Position numbers and translations under genes: made by a program
Shown here: positions 1 to 15,815 of the stretch, piece after piece
Layout: each line of letters begins with the position of its first letter
Position numbering within the stretch: position 1 is the stretch's first letter
Notes under the pieces: generated by a model
Seen by the model: only the letters and a program-made list of their open reading frames with translations
What the model was told of the DNA's origin: nothing
Database searches by the model: none
Source of the DNA: the human T2T-CHM13v2.0 reference genome, Homo sapiens
Length of the DNA: 64,000 nt
Strand: one strand, 5' to 3'
Assembly: GCF_009914755.1 (NCBI RefSeq)
Contig: NC_060933.1

Positions 1-228
1 ACCTAACCTAAGGCTTCATAAGGTGCTACTACTCATTCCTTGTCATACCCCAAGAATTATATCTGGTCTGGCAATACTCAGAAGGCTTCACCACATTGAT
101 TTGAGTAGGATCTCAAGAACGACAACAACAAAAATCAAAGAAAGAGTATGAGTACTTTTGCCTACTAACTGTGGTTAAAGATCTGAAACATTTTCCACGA
201 GCTTAAAAAGCATAATTATCGGTTCATC

Positions 229-1010
<782 letters not shown>

Positions 1011-1743
1011 ACATATAAACTCCCCAAATTTATTGGCACTTGGGAACATCAACAAACCCCAAATAAGATAAATGCAATGAGATCCACAAACAAAAACACT
1101 GTAGTGAAAATGCTGAAAGTCAAGGACAAGGAGAAAGTCTTAAAAGCAGAAATAGAAAAATAGCCCATTACTTACAAGGGAACCCCAATAAGATTAACAG
1201 GTGACTTCTCAGCAGAAACAAAAGATCCCAGAAAAACATGGGAAAACATATTCAAAGTGCTCAAAAGTTGTCAACCAAGAATCCCATATCCCCCAAAACT
1301 ACCTTTCAAAAATGAAGGTGAAATAAAGACTTTCCCAGAAGAACAAAAACTGAATTTGTTGCTAGAAAACCCACTTTGCAAAAAAAAGTGAATTAATACC
1401 AGAAGGTAATTTGAATCCACACAATAAAAGAACACTGATAATTATGTAATTATAAATGCACATTTTTTCTCTCTTATTCTCATAACTGACATAAAAATGA
1501 ATTGCATAAAATGATATGTACACACTGTACTGTTGGGCCTATAACATATAGAAAGGAATAAGATATGTAAATATATTTGCCAAACACAGTGCAAATGAGT
1601 TAAACAGCCAAGCTGTATTGGGCTAAGGAAGTAACTACACATGTTAAAGTAATAATTAAAACATTGTTGAATTCATAACATTGAGAGGTAATATGTATAA
1701 CAATAATGTCACAAAAAAAGGAAGAGAAGGGAATAAAGCTATG

Positions 1744-2218
1744 CAGATGATCCATAACTTATGAAGGTTAGACTTACAATTTTTTGACTTTACAATGATA
1801 TGAAAGTGATACACAGTCAGTAGAAGCCATACTCCAAATTTTGAATTTTGCTCTTTTCCCAGGCTACTGATATGTGATACCATAACTACTGATAAAACAA
1901 CTAGAAAAAAGATCGAGAAAATAGAACACTTGAATAACACTATAACCAAGCAGACCTAACAGACATCTATAGAACTCTCCACCCAACAACAGAACATACA
2001 TTCTTCTCAAGTATGCTTTTCTCACAATGCTGGGCAGTGACAGCAAGCCACAGCTCCCAGTCAGCCCAGCAATCACAGGGGTAAACAAGTAACACTCTAC
2101 AGTGCACGGTGTCACTAAGCAATGATGTGCACTACATTAGGTGTATTAAGTGAATTTCTGACTTACAATATTTTCAACTTATGATGATATAACTCCATCA
2201 TAAGTCGAGAATCATATG
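1744..2218 (-). mobile_element. Tigger4/MER46-type (TcMar-Tigger) DNA transposon
   Basis: Ends CAGATGATCCATAACTTATG... and ...CATCATAAGTCGAGAATCATATG are degenerate TIRs; internal GCTGGGCAGTGACAGCAAGCCACAGCTCCCAGTCAGC. Confidence 0.72.
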
Positions 2219-2409
2219 TATAGGACATAAGTCAAAAATCATATGTATAGGAGTAACATTTCTATATATCACGGTAATTAAGCGAGCATAAGTCTGAAAC
2301 TTATTCTACGGCAAACTCTAGAGTAGCCACTAAAAAAAAAAAATTCAAAAAGAATAGTGAAAACATCATTAAAGAAATTAAAATGCTACATTATGAAATA
2401 TTCACTTAC

Positions 2410-3025
2410 AGGCATCAGTTACTACTCATGCCTGTAATCCCAGCACTTTGAGAGGCCAAGACAGAAGGATCACTTGAGCCCAGGAGTTTGAGACTGGCCT
2501 GGGCAACAAAAAATCTCTACAAAAAAATAAAAAAAATTGGCTGGGTATGCTGGCTTACACCTGTAATCCCAGAACTCTGGGAGGTGAAGGCAGGCAGATC
2601 ACTTGAGGCCAAGACTTAAGAGACTAGCCTGGCCAACATGGTGAAACCCCCCGTCTCTACTAAAAATACAAAAATTAGCTGGGCATGGTGGTGCATGCTT
2701 GCAGTCCTAATCACTCAGGAGGCTGAACCATGAGAATAGTTTGAGCCCGGGAGACAGAGGTTGCAGTGAGCCGAGCTCACACCACTGCACTCCAGCCTGG
2801 GTGACAGACCAATACTCTGTCTCAAGAAAAAAAAAGAAAAAAAAAATCAAAAATAGAAAAATTAGCCAGGTGTGGTGGTGCATGCCTGTGGTCCCAGTTT
2901 CATGGGCAGCAAAGGAAGGAGAATCACTTGAGCCCAGGAGGTCAACAGTGGCAGTGAGCCATGTCCATGCCACTGCACTCCAGCCTGGGCAAGAGAGTGA
3001 GACCCTGTCTAAAAAAAAAAAAAAC
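2410..3025 (+). mobile_element. Nested Alu composite (Alu inserted in the A-rich linker of an older AluJ)
   Basis: Left arm ~2410-2535, full Alu ~2539-2845, right arm ~2860-3025. Confidence 0.8.
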
Positions 3026-3041
3026 AGATAATACTTACTTA

Positions 3042-3500
<459 letters not shown>

Positions 3501-4209
3501 TCAGACTTTAAGAAAACATGATCTAACTATATGCTGTCTATAGAAGACACACTTTAGAGTGAAAAATACAAACAGATTGGAAGTAAAAGGATAGAAAAGA
3601 TATGTCATGCAAACATACAAAAACAAGAAACTTAATTGTGGCTATACTGATATTAAAAAAAACAAATTTTAAAACAAAAAGCTATTAGAGATGGAGAGGG
3701 ACATTTTGTTAATCATAAAAGGGTCAATCCATCAGGAAGATATAACCATTATAAACATACACAACTAAGGACCAAAATTCATGAAGCAAAAATTGACAGA
3801 AAGGGAGAAACAGACAATTGAATATTAATCGCTGGAGACTTCAAACTGTCATTTTCAGTGATAGATAAAACAACTAGAAAGAAGATCAACAAGAAAACAG
3901 AACACTTGAATAACACTATAAACCAACTAGATCTAACTTACATCTATAGAATTCTCCACCCAATAGTATATACATTTTTCTTAAGATCACATGGAATATT
4001 CTAAACAGATCATATGCTAGGTCATAAAATGAGTCTTCATATATTTAAAAGAACATTAGTAATATAACAAATGTGCTCTGATGACAAAAAAAGCAATTAA
4101 AAATAAATGCAGGAAGTTTCAAAGGAAATTCACAAATGTGGAAACTGAACAAGGCACTACTAAATAACCAGCTGGCCCAAAGGAGGAAAAACATGCTTTG
4201 GGACAAAGA

Positions 4210-6470
4210 TAAGCTGCCAGTAACTGATCCTAAAGAGAGGATTATAGAAAAGCTGCCTGACAGAAATTCAAAATACTTGTTTTAAGGAAATTTGGCTAAC
4301 TTCAATAAAGTAGAGAAAAACAATTCAGAAATTCATCAGAGAAATTTAACAGAGAGATTGAAATAATTTTTTAAAATCAAACAGAAATCCAGGAGCTAAA
4401 AACTACAATGAACAAAATAAAAAATCCAACAGAAAGCATCAATAGCAGAATTGTTCAATTAGAGGAGTATCAGTGAATTCAAAGACAGGTTAATTGAAAA
4501 TACGTAACTAAAGGTGAAAAAGGAAAAAGGAATGAAGTTACAGGATTTATGAGTAACATCTAAAGAGCAAATATGTGGGTCACTGGTGTTCAAGGGGGAA
4601 CCTTGAAAAAGAGAAAGTAGTAGAAAGCTTATTAAAGAAATAATAACAGAAAGTATTTCAAACCTGGAGAAAGCTATAGCTATCCACGTACAGGAAGATC
4701 AAGGGCAACCAGTCAGATTTAATCCAAATAACACTACCCCACAACATATTATAATCAAAATGTCAAAGATCAAGCACAAAGAGAGGATCCTGAAAGCAGC
4801 AAGAGAAAAGAAGCAAATAATTTATAAGGGAGTACTAATATGCCTAACAAGAGACCTCTAAGCAGAAACATTGTCCTGAAGAAATTCAAAGTCCTAAAGA
4901 AAAAAAAATTAAAACTATCAACCAGGAATATTACACCTACCAAAGCTGTACTTCAGAAATGAAGAAAAGAATAAAGACTTCTGGACGACAAAAGCTGATG
5001 GAATTCATCAGCACCAGACCTGTCTTACAAGAAATGCTAAAGGGAGTTCTTCAAGATGAAAGAAAAGGATAGCAATGAGCAACACAAAAACATCTGAAAG
5101 TATATAACTCACTGATAAAAGCAAGTACACAGTCAAATTCTGAAGTCTCTAATACTGTAATGGTGGTATGTACATCATATATTTTTTTAAGAAGGTTAAG
5201 ACAACACAATTAAAAATAATAGCTACGATAATTTGTTAGGGGACATGCAATATAAAAAGATATAAATTTTGACACCAAAAGCTCAAAATGGGGGAGTGGA
5301 GTTAAAGAGTATTTTCTTTTCGATCAAAGTTGCTATCAGTGTAAAATAACCTTTTATAACTATAAGGCATACTTTTATAAGTCCCATGGTAACCACAAAG
5401 CAAAAGCCTATAATAGATACACTAAAAATAAAAAGCAAAGAATCAAAATATACTACTAGAGAAAATCACTTAACCTCAAAGGAAGAAAGAAAGAAAAAAA
5501 GAATCTACAAAACTAGAAAAAAATTAATAAAATGACAGTAGTAAATCCTTACCTACCAATAATTACTTTGAATGTAAATGGATTAAATTATCCAATTAAA
5601 AGACACAGAGTAGCTAAATGGATTTAAAAAAAAAGAAAACAAGACCCAACTATATACTGCCTACAAAAGACTTGCCTCACCTATAAGGATACACATAGAC
5701 TGAAAGTAAATAAATGGAAAAAGATACTTCACACAAATGGAAACCAAAACAGGAGTGGCTATACTTATATCAGATAAAATAGACTTTAAGTCATCTGTAA
5801 ATAGAGACAAAGAAGGTCATTATATTAATATATGATAATGGGGTTGGTCAATTCAGCAAAAGGATATGTTACATATTTAGGTGCTCTGATGTTGGGTAAA
5901 TGTATATGCACCCAATGTCAGAGCACCTAAATACATAAAGCCAATATTAATAGATCTCAAGAAACAGATAGATTGTAACACAATACTAGTAGAAGAGTTT
6001 AACACCCTATTTTCAGCAATGGACAGATCATTTAGACAGAAAGTCAACAAAGAAACATCAGATATGAACTGTACCCTAGACCAAATGGACCTAACAAACA
6101 TTTACAGAACATTCTATCCAACAGGTACAGAATACACATTCTTCTCAACTGCACATCAATCATTTTCCAGTATAAATCATATGTTAGGCCACAAAATAAG
6201 TCTTTTAAATTTAAGAGTATCAAAATCTTGTCAAGTATCTTTTCTGACCACAATGGTATAAAACTAGACATCAATAAAAGGGGAAACCTTGAAAACTTTA
6301 CAAATACATAGAAATTAAACAACATGCTCCTAAACAATGAGTTAATGAATAAATTTAAAGAGAAATTTAAAAATATCCTGAGACAAATGAAAACGGAAAC
6401 ATAACATACCAAATCCTATGGGATAGAGCAAAAACAATTCTAAGAGGGAAGTTTATAGCAATAAATGCCA
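4210..6470 (+). mobile_element. L1MA-type fragment (ORF1 to ORF2 endonuclease)
   Basis: ORF 6019-6261 MDRSFRQKVNKETSDMNCTLDQMDLTNIYRTFYPT... is L1 ORF2 EN-like; ORF1 motifs GATCCTGAAAGCAGCAAGAGAAAAG. Confidence 0.85.
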
Positions 6471-7324
6471 ACTCTCAAAAATAACCCAAAGCCCAAACTT
6501 TGAGAATGATCTATTAAATGCAAATACCCTGAGAAAGGATATCCCTTTTATTAAACATTAATTAATATTTTATGAGAAACTTGTTTTGTTGTTGTTTTGT
6601 TTTGAACAGATGGCTCTTCCTCTGTTGCCCAGACTGGTGTGCAGTGGCACAATCATAGCTCACTACAGCCTCAAACTCGTGGGCTCAAGGGATCCTCCTC
6701 CTCAGCCTCCCCAGGGGCTGGGACTACAGGTGCATGTCACCACACCCAGCTGGACTTGTTGATAGTTAGTAAAGGTTGTTAGGCACCATACCATATCTGG
6801 CAATGACAAAAGGTGAATGAGACAGGTGCCAGTGACAGGCAAAATGAGAAGATGCCAAAGACAAATTCTGCCTAGAGTCAGCTTGGGTTACTCCAAAACA
6901 TTTAGCCTGCCATTTCTGCAACATTCAGCTCTTCAAGATGGCGCACAGGACCAATAAGGCAGTCTCTGCTATTTATTACAGAGCATTGACCAAATAACTT
7001 ACTACTCTGTGGCTGTCACCCTGATTCTGAACCCACTCTTCAAAGTTTTGTTTCAAACACTTTCTTTCTCAAAGACCACTTTTTTAATGAAAATACAGGC
7101 TTACCCTAAATTTGTACAAACATAAAAGGGTATACTTTACTCACTATGTTCCAATTATAATATTACATGCAAGCAAATAACTCACTTTACAAAAAAATAA
7201 AAATTTAATGAATGGTAGCAGCTTAATTATTTCAAGCTGCCAGTAGGCATAAAGTCAAATATTTTCCAAAAACACAAACAGCCACTTATGACTCACCTGT
7301 GCCTCTTTCTTTTCATCTAATAAA

Positions 7325-7580
7325 TGTCAGCATAACAGAGTGATTAAGAAGGCTGACTTGGAGGCAGACTGCCGAAGTTTGAATCCCTACTCTATAACAT
7401 ACTAGCTATGTGACCTTGGGAAGTTATTTTGCCAGTCTATGCCTCCGTTTCTGTATCTGTAAAATGGGAAAAACCTAGTAGGGTTGCTGTGAATAATAAA
7501 ATACATTAATTACACAGAAAGCACTTAGAATTGTGCCTGGCACATTTTAACACCCATTCAATGTCAGTTATTATCATTAG
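7325..7580 (+). mobile_element. MIR SINE
   Basis: Core TAGCTATGTGACCTTGGGAAGTTA..GTTTCTGTATCTGTAAAATGGG..AAAGCACTTAGAATTGTGCCTGGCACAT. Confidence 0.8.
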
Positions 7581-8356
7581 TTATTGTATTTCTAAGTAGA
7601 AACCAATGTCTTTCTCCAAGAGTCCTCTACTAGCTAGAAATAATCTCTCTTGGCAAGCCTAAACACCTGTCGGCAAAACTGTTCACAAAAGCAATGGAGT
7701 CAACAGAGAGAATAAGCATTAATGTCCTGAACGGGCTGTGCATCACACAGCCTGAAAGCCCCAAAGTTGTTTACTTTACTATCCCACAAATATTAGAGTC
7801 AGAGGTTTCAAGATTTTGCTAAGCCAGTTCCTACTACATTCACAATATGTTAATATGAGATGGATAAGACAGTTTGGTCGGCTGTCAAGTCATGAGTTGT
7901 ATAAACACTAGTACGCAACAAAATGACTGTAAAAGTCATGTGGTTCCTATTGGTCATATTAAATTATACTTGAAGACTTTTGCTTTTCTAGCTGCAAATA
8001 ACTGGGAAAAGAGTGTACTTGAGAGCAAGACTCAAATTTAAATAAACTGTAAATTTCTCAACATCTTGGAAACTTCAGTTCAGCCTCTTTTTATGTGCAA
8101 GACTAAACCCAGTACAGTTTATAACTTGAAATCCAAACATATCACTAGCATACTGGGTTCTAATCTCAGCTCTGATCCACACAGCACTATTAACAGTATG
8201 GCCCAAAATATTTCACTTCCCTCTAAATGAAAAACACAATGATATGTACCAGTCTTACCAGACAAAAAAAGATTAAATGAGATAAATATTAACAACAGCA
8301 GTTGTAACTGTTAATAAATAACACAGGAAAGTATCATTTACTTGAACTCTAAGACT

Positions 8357-8375
8357 CCTCTCTCTCACACACACA

Positions 8376-8415
<40 letters not shown>

Positions 8416-8458
8416 TACGCATGCGCACACGCACAGAGAGAGACACGCACACACACAG
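8357..8458. repeat. Compound (CT)/(CA)n microsatellite
   Basis: Directly visible dinucleotide runs. Confidence 0.95.
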
Positions 8459-11400
8459 AAAAAATAAATCTGAGCCAAGGAATAAGGGAGAAAGCATAAA
8501 AAGGAAATAATTTAATGGTTCTTCTAAATACTGAAAAAAAAAGATTTTGATATCTAGAAGAACATGAAGATAAATAAAACGGTATGTTGCCAAAGAGAAG
8601 GATTGTGCAAAAAAACCATAGACATGTAATAAATAATATAAAGGAATTGAGAAAGAAATAATTTATTTCTCAGTCAGAACCAAAAATGAAGTCTCTATGT
8701 AATTAGGAGCCCTAGGGAGAATATAACTATGATGGAATAAATCTCACCCAACAGACTTGGCTGAGATAATATTATAAATTATTATAATACTATAAACTAA
8801 ACAAACTAATATCCAAAACAGCAAACTGAAAATAGAATGCCATAAATTATATGGAGTTTTACACTTAACATTAGTACAGCTTATGTACTTTTTGTATATC
8901 ACAATAAAAAAGCAAAAATAATAATGCCAATAATAGATGTGAATAAACAATATACATATCAAGAAACACGGATTTCTTCTTTCAACAAACATCTACTAAA
9001 TGCTGACTAAATGAAAAATAACACTACAAGTCAAAAAAGCAGAGTGAAACCACTTTTGACTATAAAATCAGTGATTAAAAAATACTTCACAGATTGCTTG
9101 AGCCCAGGAAGCTGAGGCTGCAGTGAGCTATGATTATACCACTGCACTCCAGCCTGGGCAACAGGGCAAGATCCTGTCTTGAAAAAAAAAAATTCCCAGT
9201 ACTGGCAAGAATACAGTTAAACAGCCACTCATATGCAGGTTTCTGGTAATGTAATTGGTCCAAGTTTTCTGAAAGATAATCAGAGAAGTATATCAAAAAA
9301 CTTTGAATGTGTTTATACCCTTTCACTCATTAATCCACTTCTAGGAATTTAGTGTAAGGAAATAACCAGAGATGTACATGATTGATATAAAAGGATGTTC
9401 ACTGCATATTTATTTACAATAGTAAAAAACTGCTAACAATCTATATCTCCAACAATAAGCAATGAATTATATAATTTGTAATACAGCCATATGAAGGAAC
9501 TTAAGCCATTAGTCTAATTTCAGAAAAATATGACTTAATGGTACGGAAAACTGCTTATGTTAGACTTAAATGTAAGACTATAAAAAGCTATATACAATAT
9601 GATTGCAATTTTCTTCTATACACACAAACATATACATATACAACCAAAAACTGGAAAGCAAACACCACAATGTTAACAACAGTTTTCTTTGTGTAATGCC
9701 AGATTATTTTATTGTACTTTTCATTAATTTATAAATTTCCTATAATAATCATGTATTATTTTTGTAACCAGTGCAGTGATCTTTGTGGTTAAACACAAAC
9801 TGCCTTTTCCAAGCCAACTAGGGAAATTCCATTCCCTTGTCAGTGACTGTATCCTAGGCCAATACGTGGAGATGTCTGGTGTAGGGGCTTCCAGGAAAGA
9901 TTTCCTTGCTCCTTACAGGAAAAACAAGAGAAGAACTGTTTTCTTTTGAATACTGTCATGACCGGTATGATTTATTTATCATTCAATCATTTACCTAAAA
10001 ACACCTACTATGCAGCAGGCACTGTGGCTAATGAAAAGATGTAATTTTTAATCTTTGAAACATTTTATAGTAGACTGGAAAACACACAACTGAGTGGGGT
10101 AGCAGATATGCAAACAAAAATTCCAATAATAATGTGAAATTGATCTAATGGCAGCACACACACATAACGTGGGGGCACAAAGATTTCACAAACCAGAAGA
10201 GTCTCGAGGGCTGATTACTGTTCAAGCAAAGAAAAGGGGAGCATCATCAGACCCAGTGTCCAGCCACAGCACTTTCCTGGCACGTGCAAAGGCTCAGAGT
10301 TTAGTGAGGCATGGTGGCGGGCACCTGCAGTATTCTTCACAATTTAATTTTTAAAAGGTAATATGAACATATCTTTATAAATCATCTTAAACACTAAATA
10401 ATTTGCTCCTGAATTCTGTATCTCATTTATATATAAATACATCAACTATACTAAGGTTATTAGAGGAAGCAAATAGCTTCCTCCTTAAGGGAATTTCTCA
10501 ATCCACCAAAATAATAATTATTATTATTTTATAGCAGCTATCACTTACATGGTGCTTATTCTATGCCAAGGACAATTATAAGCACCGTAAACTTATCTCA
10601 GTCCCTACAATCCCACTATACAGGTGTGGAAACTAAGGAAAAGAGAAGTAAATATCTTGCCCAAATATCTTGCCCAAGGTTACATATCATGTACGAGATG
10701 GAGCCACTCACCAAGAAACATACCATGTGCTCATCCACATGGTATGTCAGTTTTTTATTGTTTTTTGTTGTTTTTATCCATAAAAGTCAGTTTTTTGTTG
10801 TTTTTATCCATATCAAAAGCAAAAATTTTCAACAACCTCAACCTAAACTTAAGGAGGAACTATCATTTTTTCTAAGCATGTGCATTCCTCATTTATGTTC
10901 ACATTGGTTAATTCCTCCCTCAAGTCTCTCTATCCAACATCATCCATATCAGCAGTCTCCTTCTAAGATCCTCAGTGGATCCTTCCAGCTGTCAGAGGCA
11001 ATGTCTCTGTCTGCTGTTTATATTTACACATCCAAAGTTTACCCACTCAAACTTTTGTGGGGAAACCACAGACAATGTCTGCCTCTGCCAAAGGATAAAG
11101 GGAGAAAAATGCTTTCCATAGAGTTAAAAGAATTCCATTTGTCAAATCAATCTGATGATGCTGGATGAACTGAACATTTCCATCTGACTACCTTACCACC
11201 TGCTATTTAATATGAAATTACATAATTTCCCAAGTGGAAACCATTCAAATTGCTCTTCAAGGAATTAAACTAGAAAATTCTCTTTCTTGTGTACAACAAA
11301 AAGGCAGGCATGTTCTAGACAGGAGCTGCACAGAGTAGTATTTCTGCAATTTTTTTTCCTGAACAAAACTGTATTTCTGTTCTGTTGCATAAAAATTCAA

Positions 11401-12320
11401 GATACATATCCAAGATAAGGAATTTGGTATGGACTTTTTTTTACCACTGCCATATGGTAGTAAAATCAGTTTTTCTAGCTGATAAGGAACCCCTGTTCTC
11501 CCAAACTGAATTCATAATTTATCCCAAGACCTCTGAAATTTTATTTATCAGCAACAGATTCATGATCCCAGTTCTTCATAATCTCTGTACAGAACAAGTA
11601 CTTCTGACATTAAAATAAAATGCTATAATTTAATTTTAATATTAATAAGTGGAATAATTATTTCTTTTATCTAAAAACATTCTTGCTTTCTCTAAAACAC
11701 AGGCTGTTTCAGCAATAATAATTTGTAAAGCAGGATTTTATTTACAATTTCATTATCCAAGTCGATCATGTTTGTTCTATATAACATGATGCCTTTACCA
11801 AGACCATATATAGGAGAAAATTAAACTTGGTTTGGCTAGTATAATAACTATTTGTTACAGCAGATCTTAAGAGTTATATATGTCAAGGTATTTTCTTTAC
11901 CTGCCCAGCTACTTGAAAACCGCTAGGCTATTCTTTGAATAGGCTTTGACTGTGACTTAACCTTAGCATGCACTGATGCAAATTCTATTGACAAGCCATA
12001 CTTTAATACAAGTGTCCATGGTTTTGTGTTTTATATGGATTTACATGGATTTCTTTTTATTTGTTCTTATAGGTCAACTGAGTCCCAGCACTTGGCTCAT
12101 GCATTCAGCATGTTTCACTCTGGCCCCTGACGTCTTGGTTACCAAGCTCTTGCCAGGGGAAATTTCCTATGCTCTTCCATCTTGATTAGTTTGTTGATAA
12201 TCTGAATCCAGTGCTTCTATTTGATCACACATAGGGCATTTCACTTTTTTTTTTTTTTAATTTCCAATGACTCTTCTCTTTGTTCACTGTTTCCTGTTTC
12301 CTTTAAGAGTCTCATTTCAG

Positions 12321-12615
12321 ACCAGGCTTGGTAGTGCAAGCGTGTAACCCTAGTACTTAGGGAGGCTGAGATGGGAGGATCACTTTAGCCCAGGAGTTCT
12401 GAGACCAGCTCAGTTAACAGTGAGACCCCATCTTCACAAAAAAACAGACAAACAAAAATTAGCCAGGTGTGGTGACACACACCAGTAGTCCTAGCTGCTT
12501 GGGAGGCTGAGGAGGGAGGGCTGCTTGAGCCCATGAGTTTGAGGCTGCAATGAGCTACGGATCATGCCACTGCACTCCAGCCTAGACAAAAGAGCAAGAC
12601 CCTGTCTCTAGAAAT
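12321..12615 (+). mobile_element. AluJ
   Basis: Diverged Alu dimer. Confidence 0.85.
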
Positions 12616-13174
12616 AATGATAATAAGAAGAGTATCATTTCAATCTACTACTTTTATATTTTATTACTCTGTTTTCTATAGTTTTTCAGAGTTACTACAT
12701 AAGGTTCAGACTTAAAAATTTTTTTCTGAACTTTTAAAATACCTGATTAGGTAACTAATGCTCAGAAGCACATATAATTCTAATAAATAGCACTATCTGT
12801 CTGTCTCCTGCCAGTAACAGTATATATAAATTAACAGGTATGATTTTTACACAATCACGGAGTATTTGCACAACCAGTGGCTGGAGTAAGAACTGAAAAA
12901 CCACACAACTGAACCTTGAAGTGCGCGTGAGTATAGTATATAGAAATCATACCACAAAAAGGTAGTCATCTTTCACACTTGTATTTCACGGGGGGATAAT
13001 AATTTCATGTGTCATCATCTACAGGCTTATGATTGAGCTAAAATTCTAAATGATTCTTCTCCACAAAATTAATATAAATTCAAAGCATATTAATACATTC
13101 TCTATTGTTCATTCAAATTTTTAAAAATTTGTTTTAGTTTTTAACCATAACTGTATGATATTTTATTGACTGAC

Positions 13175-13478
<304 letters not shown>

Positions 13479-15159
13479 TAGAAATCAGACATGCCTGAGG
13501 CTTACATCTTCTGAAAGACTGATTCCAGAAAATTGGTCTTCATGTCATCCAACCTTGCAGTAAACTCTAAAAAACGTTTGGCAATTGTTGTGAATCAGTT
13601 AATTCTACCTCCTGAGTAGGCACACATGTCACTGGGTTCCAGAAGAGTAATGTTCAAGCAGTGGAAGGGTAATTGACCAAAACCATATAAAACCCCATTA
13701 GAAGTGATAAGGGAGCTTCTCTTGCCATGCAAATCCATCCTTTGGGGAACTCTGGGGGACCTGAGAAACAATACTTCTGTCTGGGATCATATATGCTCCA
13801 TCTTGATCCACAGATTCCCAAGTCTTTTGCCATTAGGGAAACTGAGGATCTTCCAAGTATAACCAATGATATCTTTCTGTCAGCAATATCACTATTCCAT
13901 TGTGATCAACACGAACATTAATCCTCAGATCTAAGAAGCCCTATTACTCCCAAGAAGGAGATCTTGAAAAAGGGATTTGAGTAGAGTAGTTTATTTGGAC
14001 AATAAAGGGAACACCATTAAGAAAGTAGAGAAGTGACACAGGGAATCACAGCCAATGAAAGGAGGGTTATTAAGCCAACTACCAGAGTGGGTAGGTAACC
14101 AGAGCTCAGTCCAACAAGACCTCTGGAAAATGGGACAAAACACACTCCTCTGAAGTAAAATACACAGTAAAACTGCAGAAACTAAAGGCAAAGAGGAAGT
14201 CCTAAAAGCAGACAGAGATTATAAAAAGACAAATTGCTTTCAAGGGAACACTGCTAAGAATAGGAGGCAAAGACACAAAAAGAAAATCATAAGCCAATAT
14301 CCCTGATAAACTTAGATGCAGAAGTCCTCACTCAACACAACACTAGCAAACAGAATTCAACAACACATAAAAAAAGATCACATATCATGATCAAATGAAA
14401 TTTACCCCTGGGTTGTAAGGATGATTCAACATACGCCAATCTATGAAGATGATATACCACATTAACAGAACCAAGAATAAAAATCATATGATCATCTCAA
14501 TAGATGCAGAAAGAGCATTTGACAAAATTCGACATCTTTCATGATAAAAAAAACTGTCAACAAATTAGGTATAGAAGGAATGTACATCAACACAAGGCCA
14601 TCTGTGACAGACCCACAACTAACCATACCGACTGGGGAAAAGTTAAAAGCATTTTCTCTAAAATCAGGAACAATACAACGAGGTCCACTCTTACCACTTC
14701 TATCCAACACAGCACTGGAAATCCTACCCAGAGCAATTAGGTAAGAGAAAGAAAGAAAGGGCATCCAAACTGGAAAGGAGGAAGTTAAACTGTCTATGTT
14801 TACAGATGACACAGTACATAGAAAACCCTACAAATTCCACTAAAAAAAAACTATTAGAACTAATAAATGAATTCAGTCAAGTTGCAGGATATAAAATCAA
14901 CAAACGAAAATCATTAGTGTTTCTATACACCAAATATTAATAGCAAACTATCTGAAAAATAAATCAAGAAAGCAATCCCATTTACAATACCTGCCAAAAA
15001 AAAAGAAATAAAATACTTAGGTATAAATTTAACCAAGGATGTGAAAGATCTCTACAATGAAAACTATAAAATATTGAAAAAAATTGAAGACACACAAAAA
15101 ATGGGAAGATACCCCATGTTCACAGATTGGAAGAATTCGTATCTTTTAAAAGTCCGTTA

Positions 15160-15549
<390 letters not shown>

Positions 15550-15815
15550 CTAGAGGCATCAATCTTACCTGACTTCAAAATATACTACAAAGCTATAGTA
15601 AGCAAAACAGTAGAGTACTGACATAAAAACACACAGACAAATGGAACAGAAAAGAGAACACACTTACAGTCAACTGATTTTTGACAAAGGCGCCAAGAAC
15701 ACACACTGGGGAAAGGACAGTCTCTTCAATGAATGGTGTTCAGGAAAACTGGATATCCACATGCAGAAAAACGGAGGTAGACCCTATCTCTCACCACTTA
15801 GAAAAATCAACACAA

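Noticed and set aside
10563-11168. 201-aa plus-strand ORF
   Set aside because: Begins in a MIR, runs through a low-complexity tandem duplication, has no domain similarity; probably chance.
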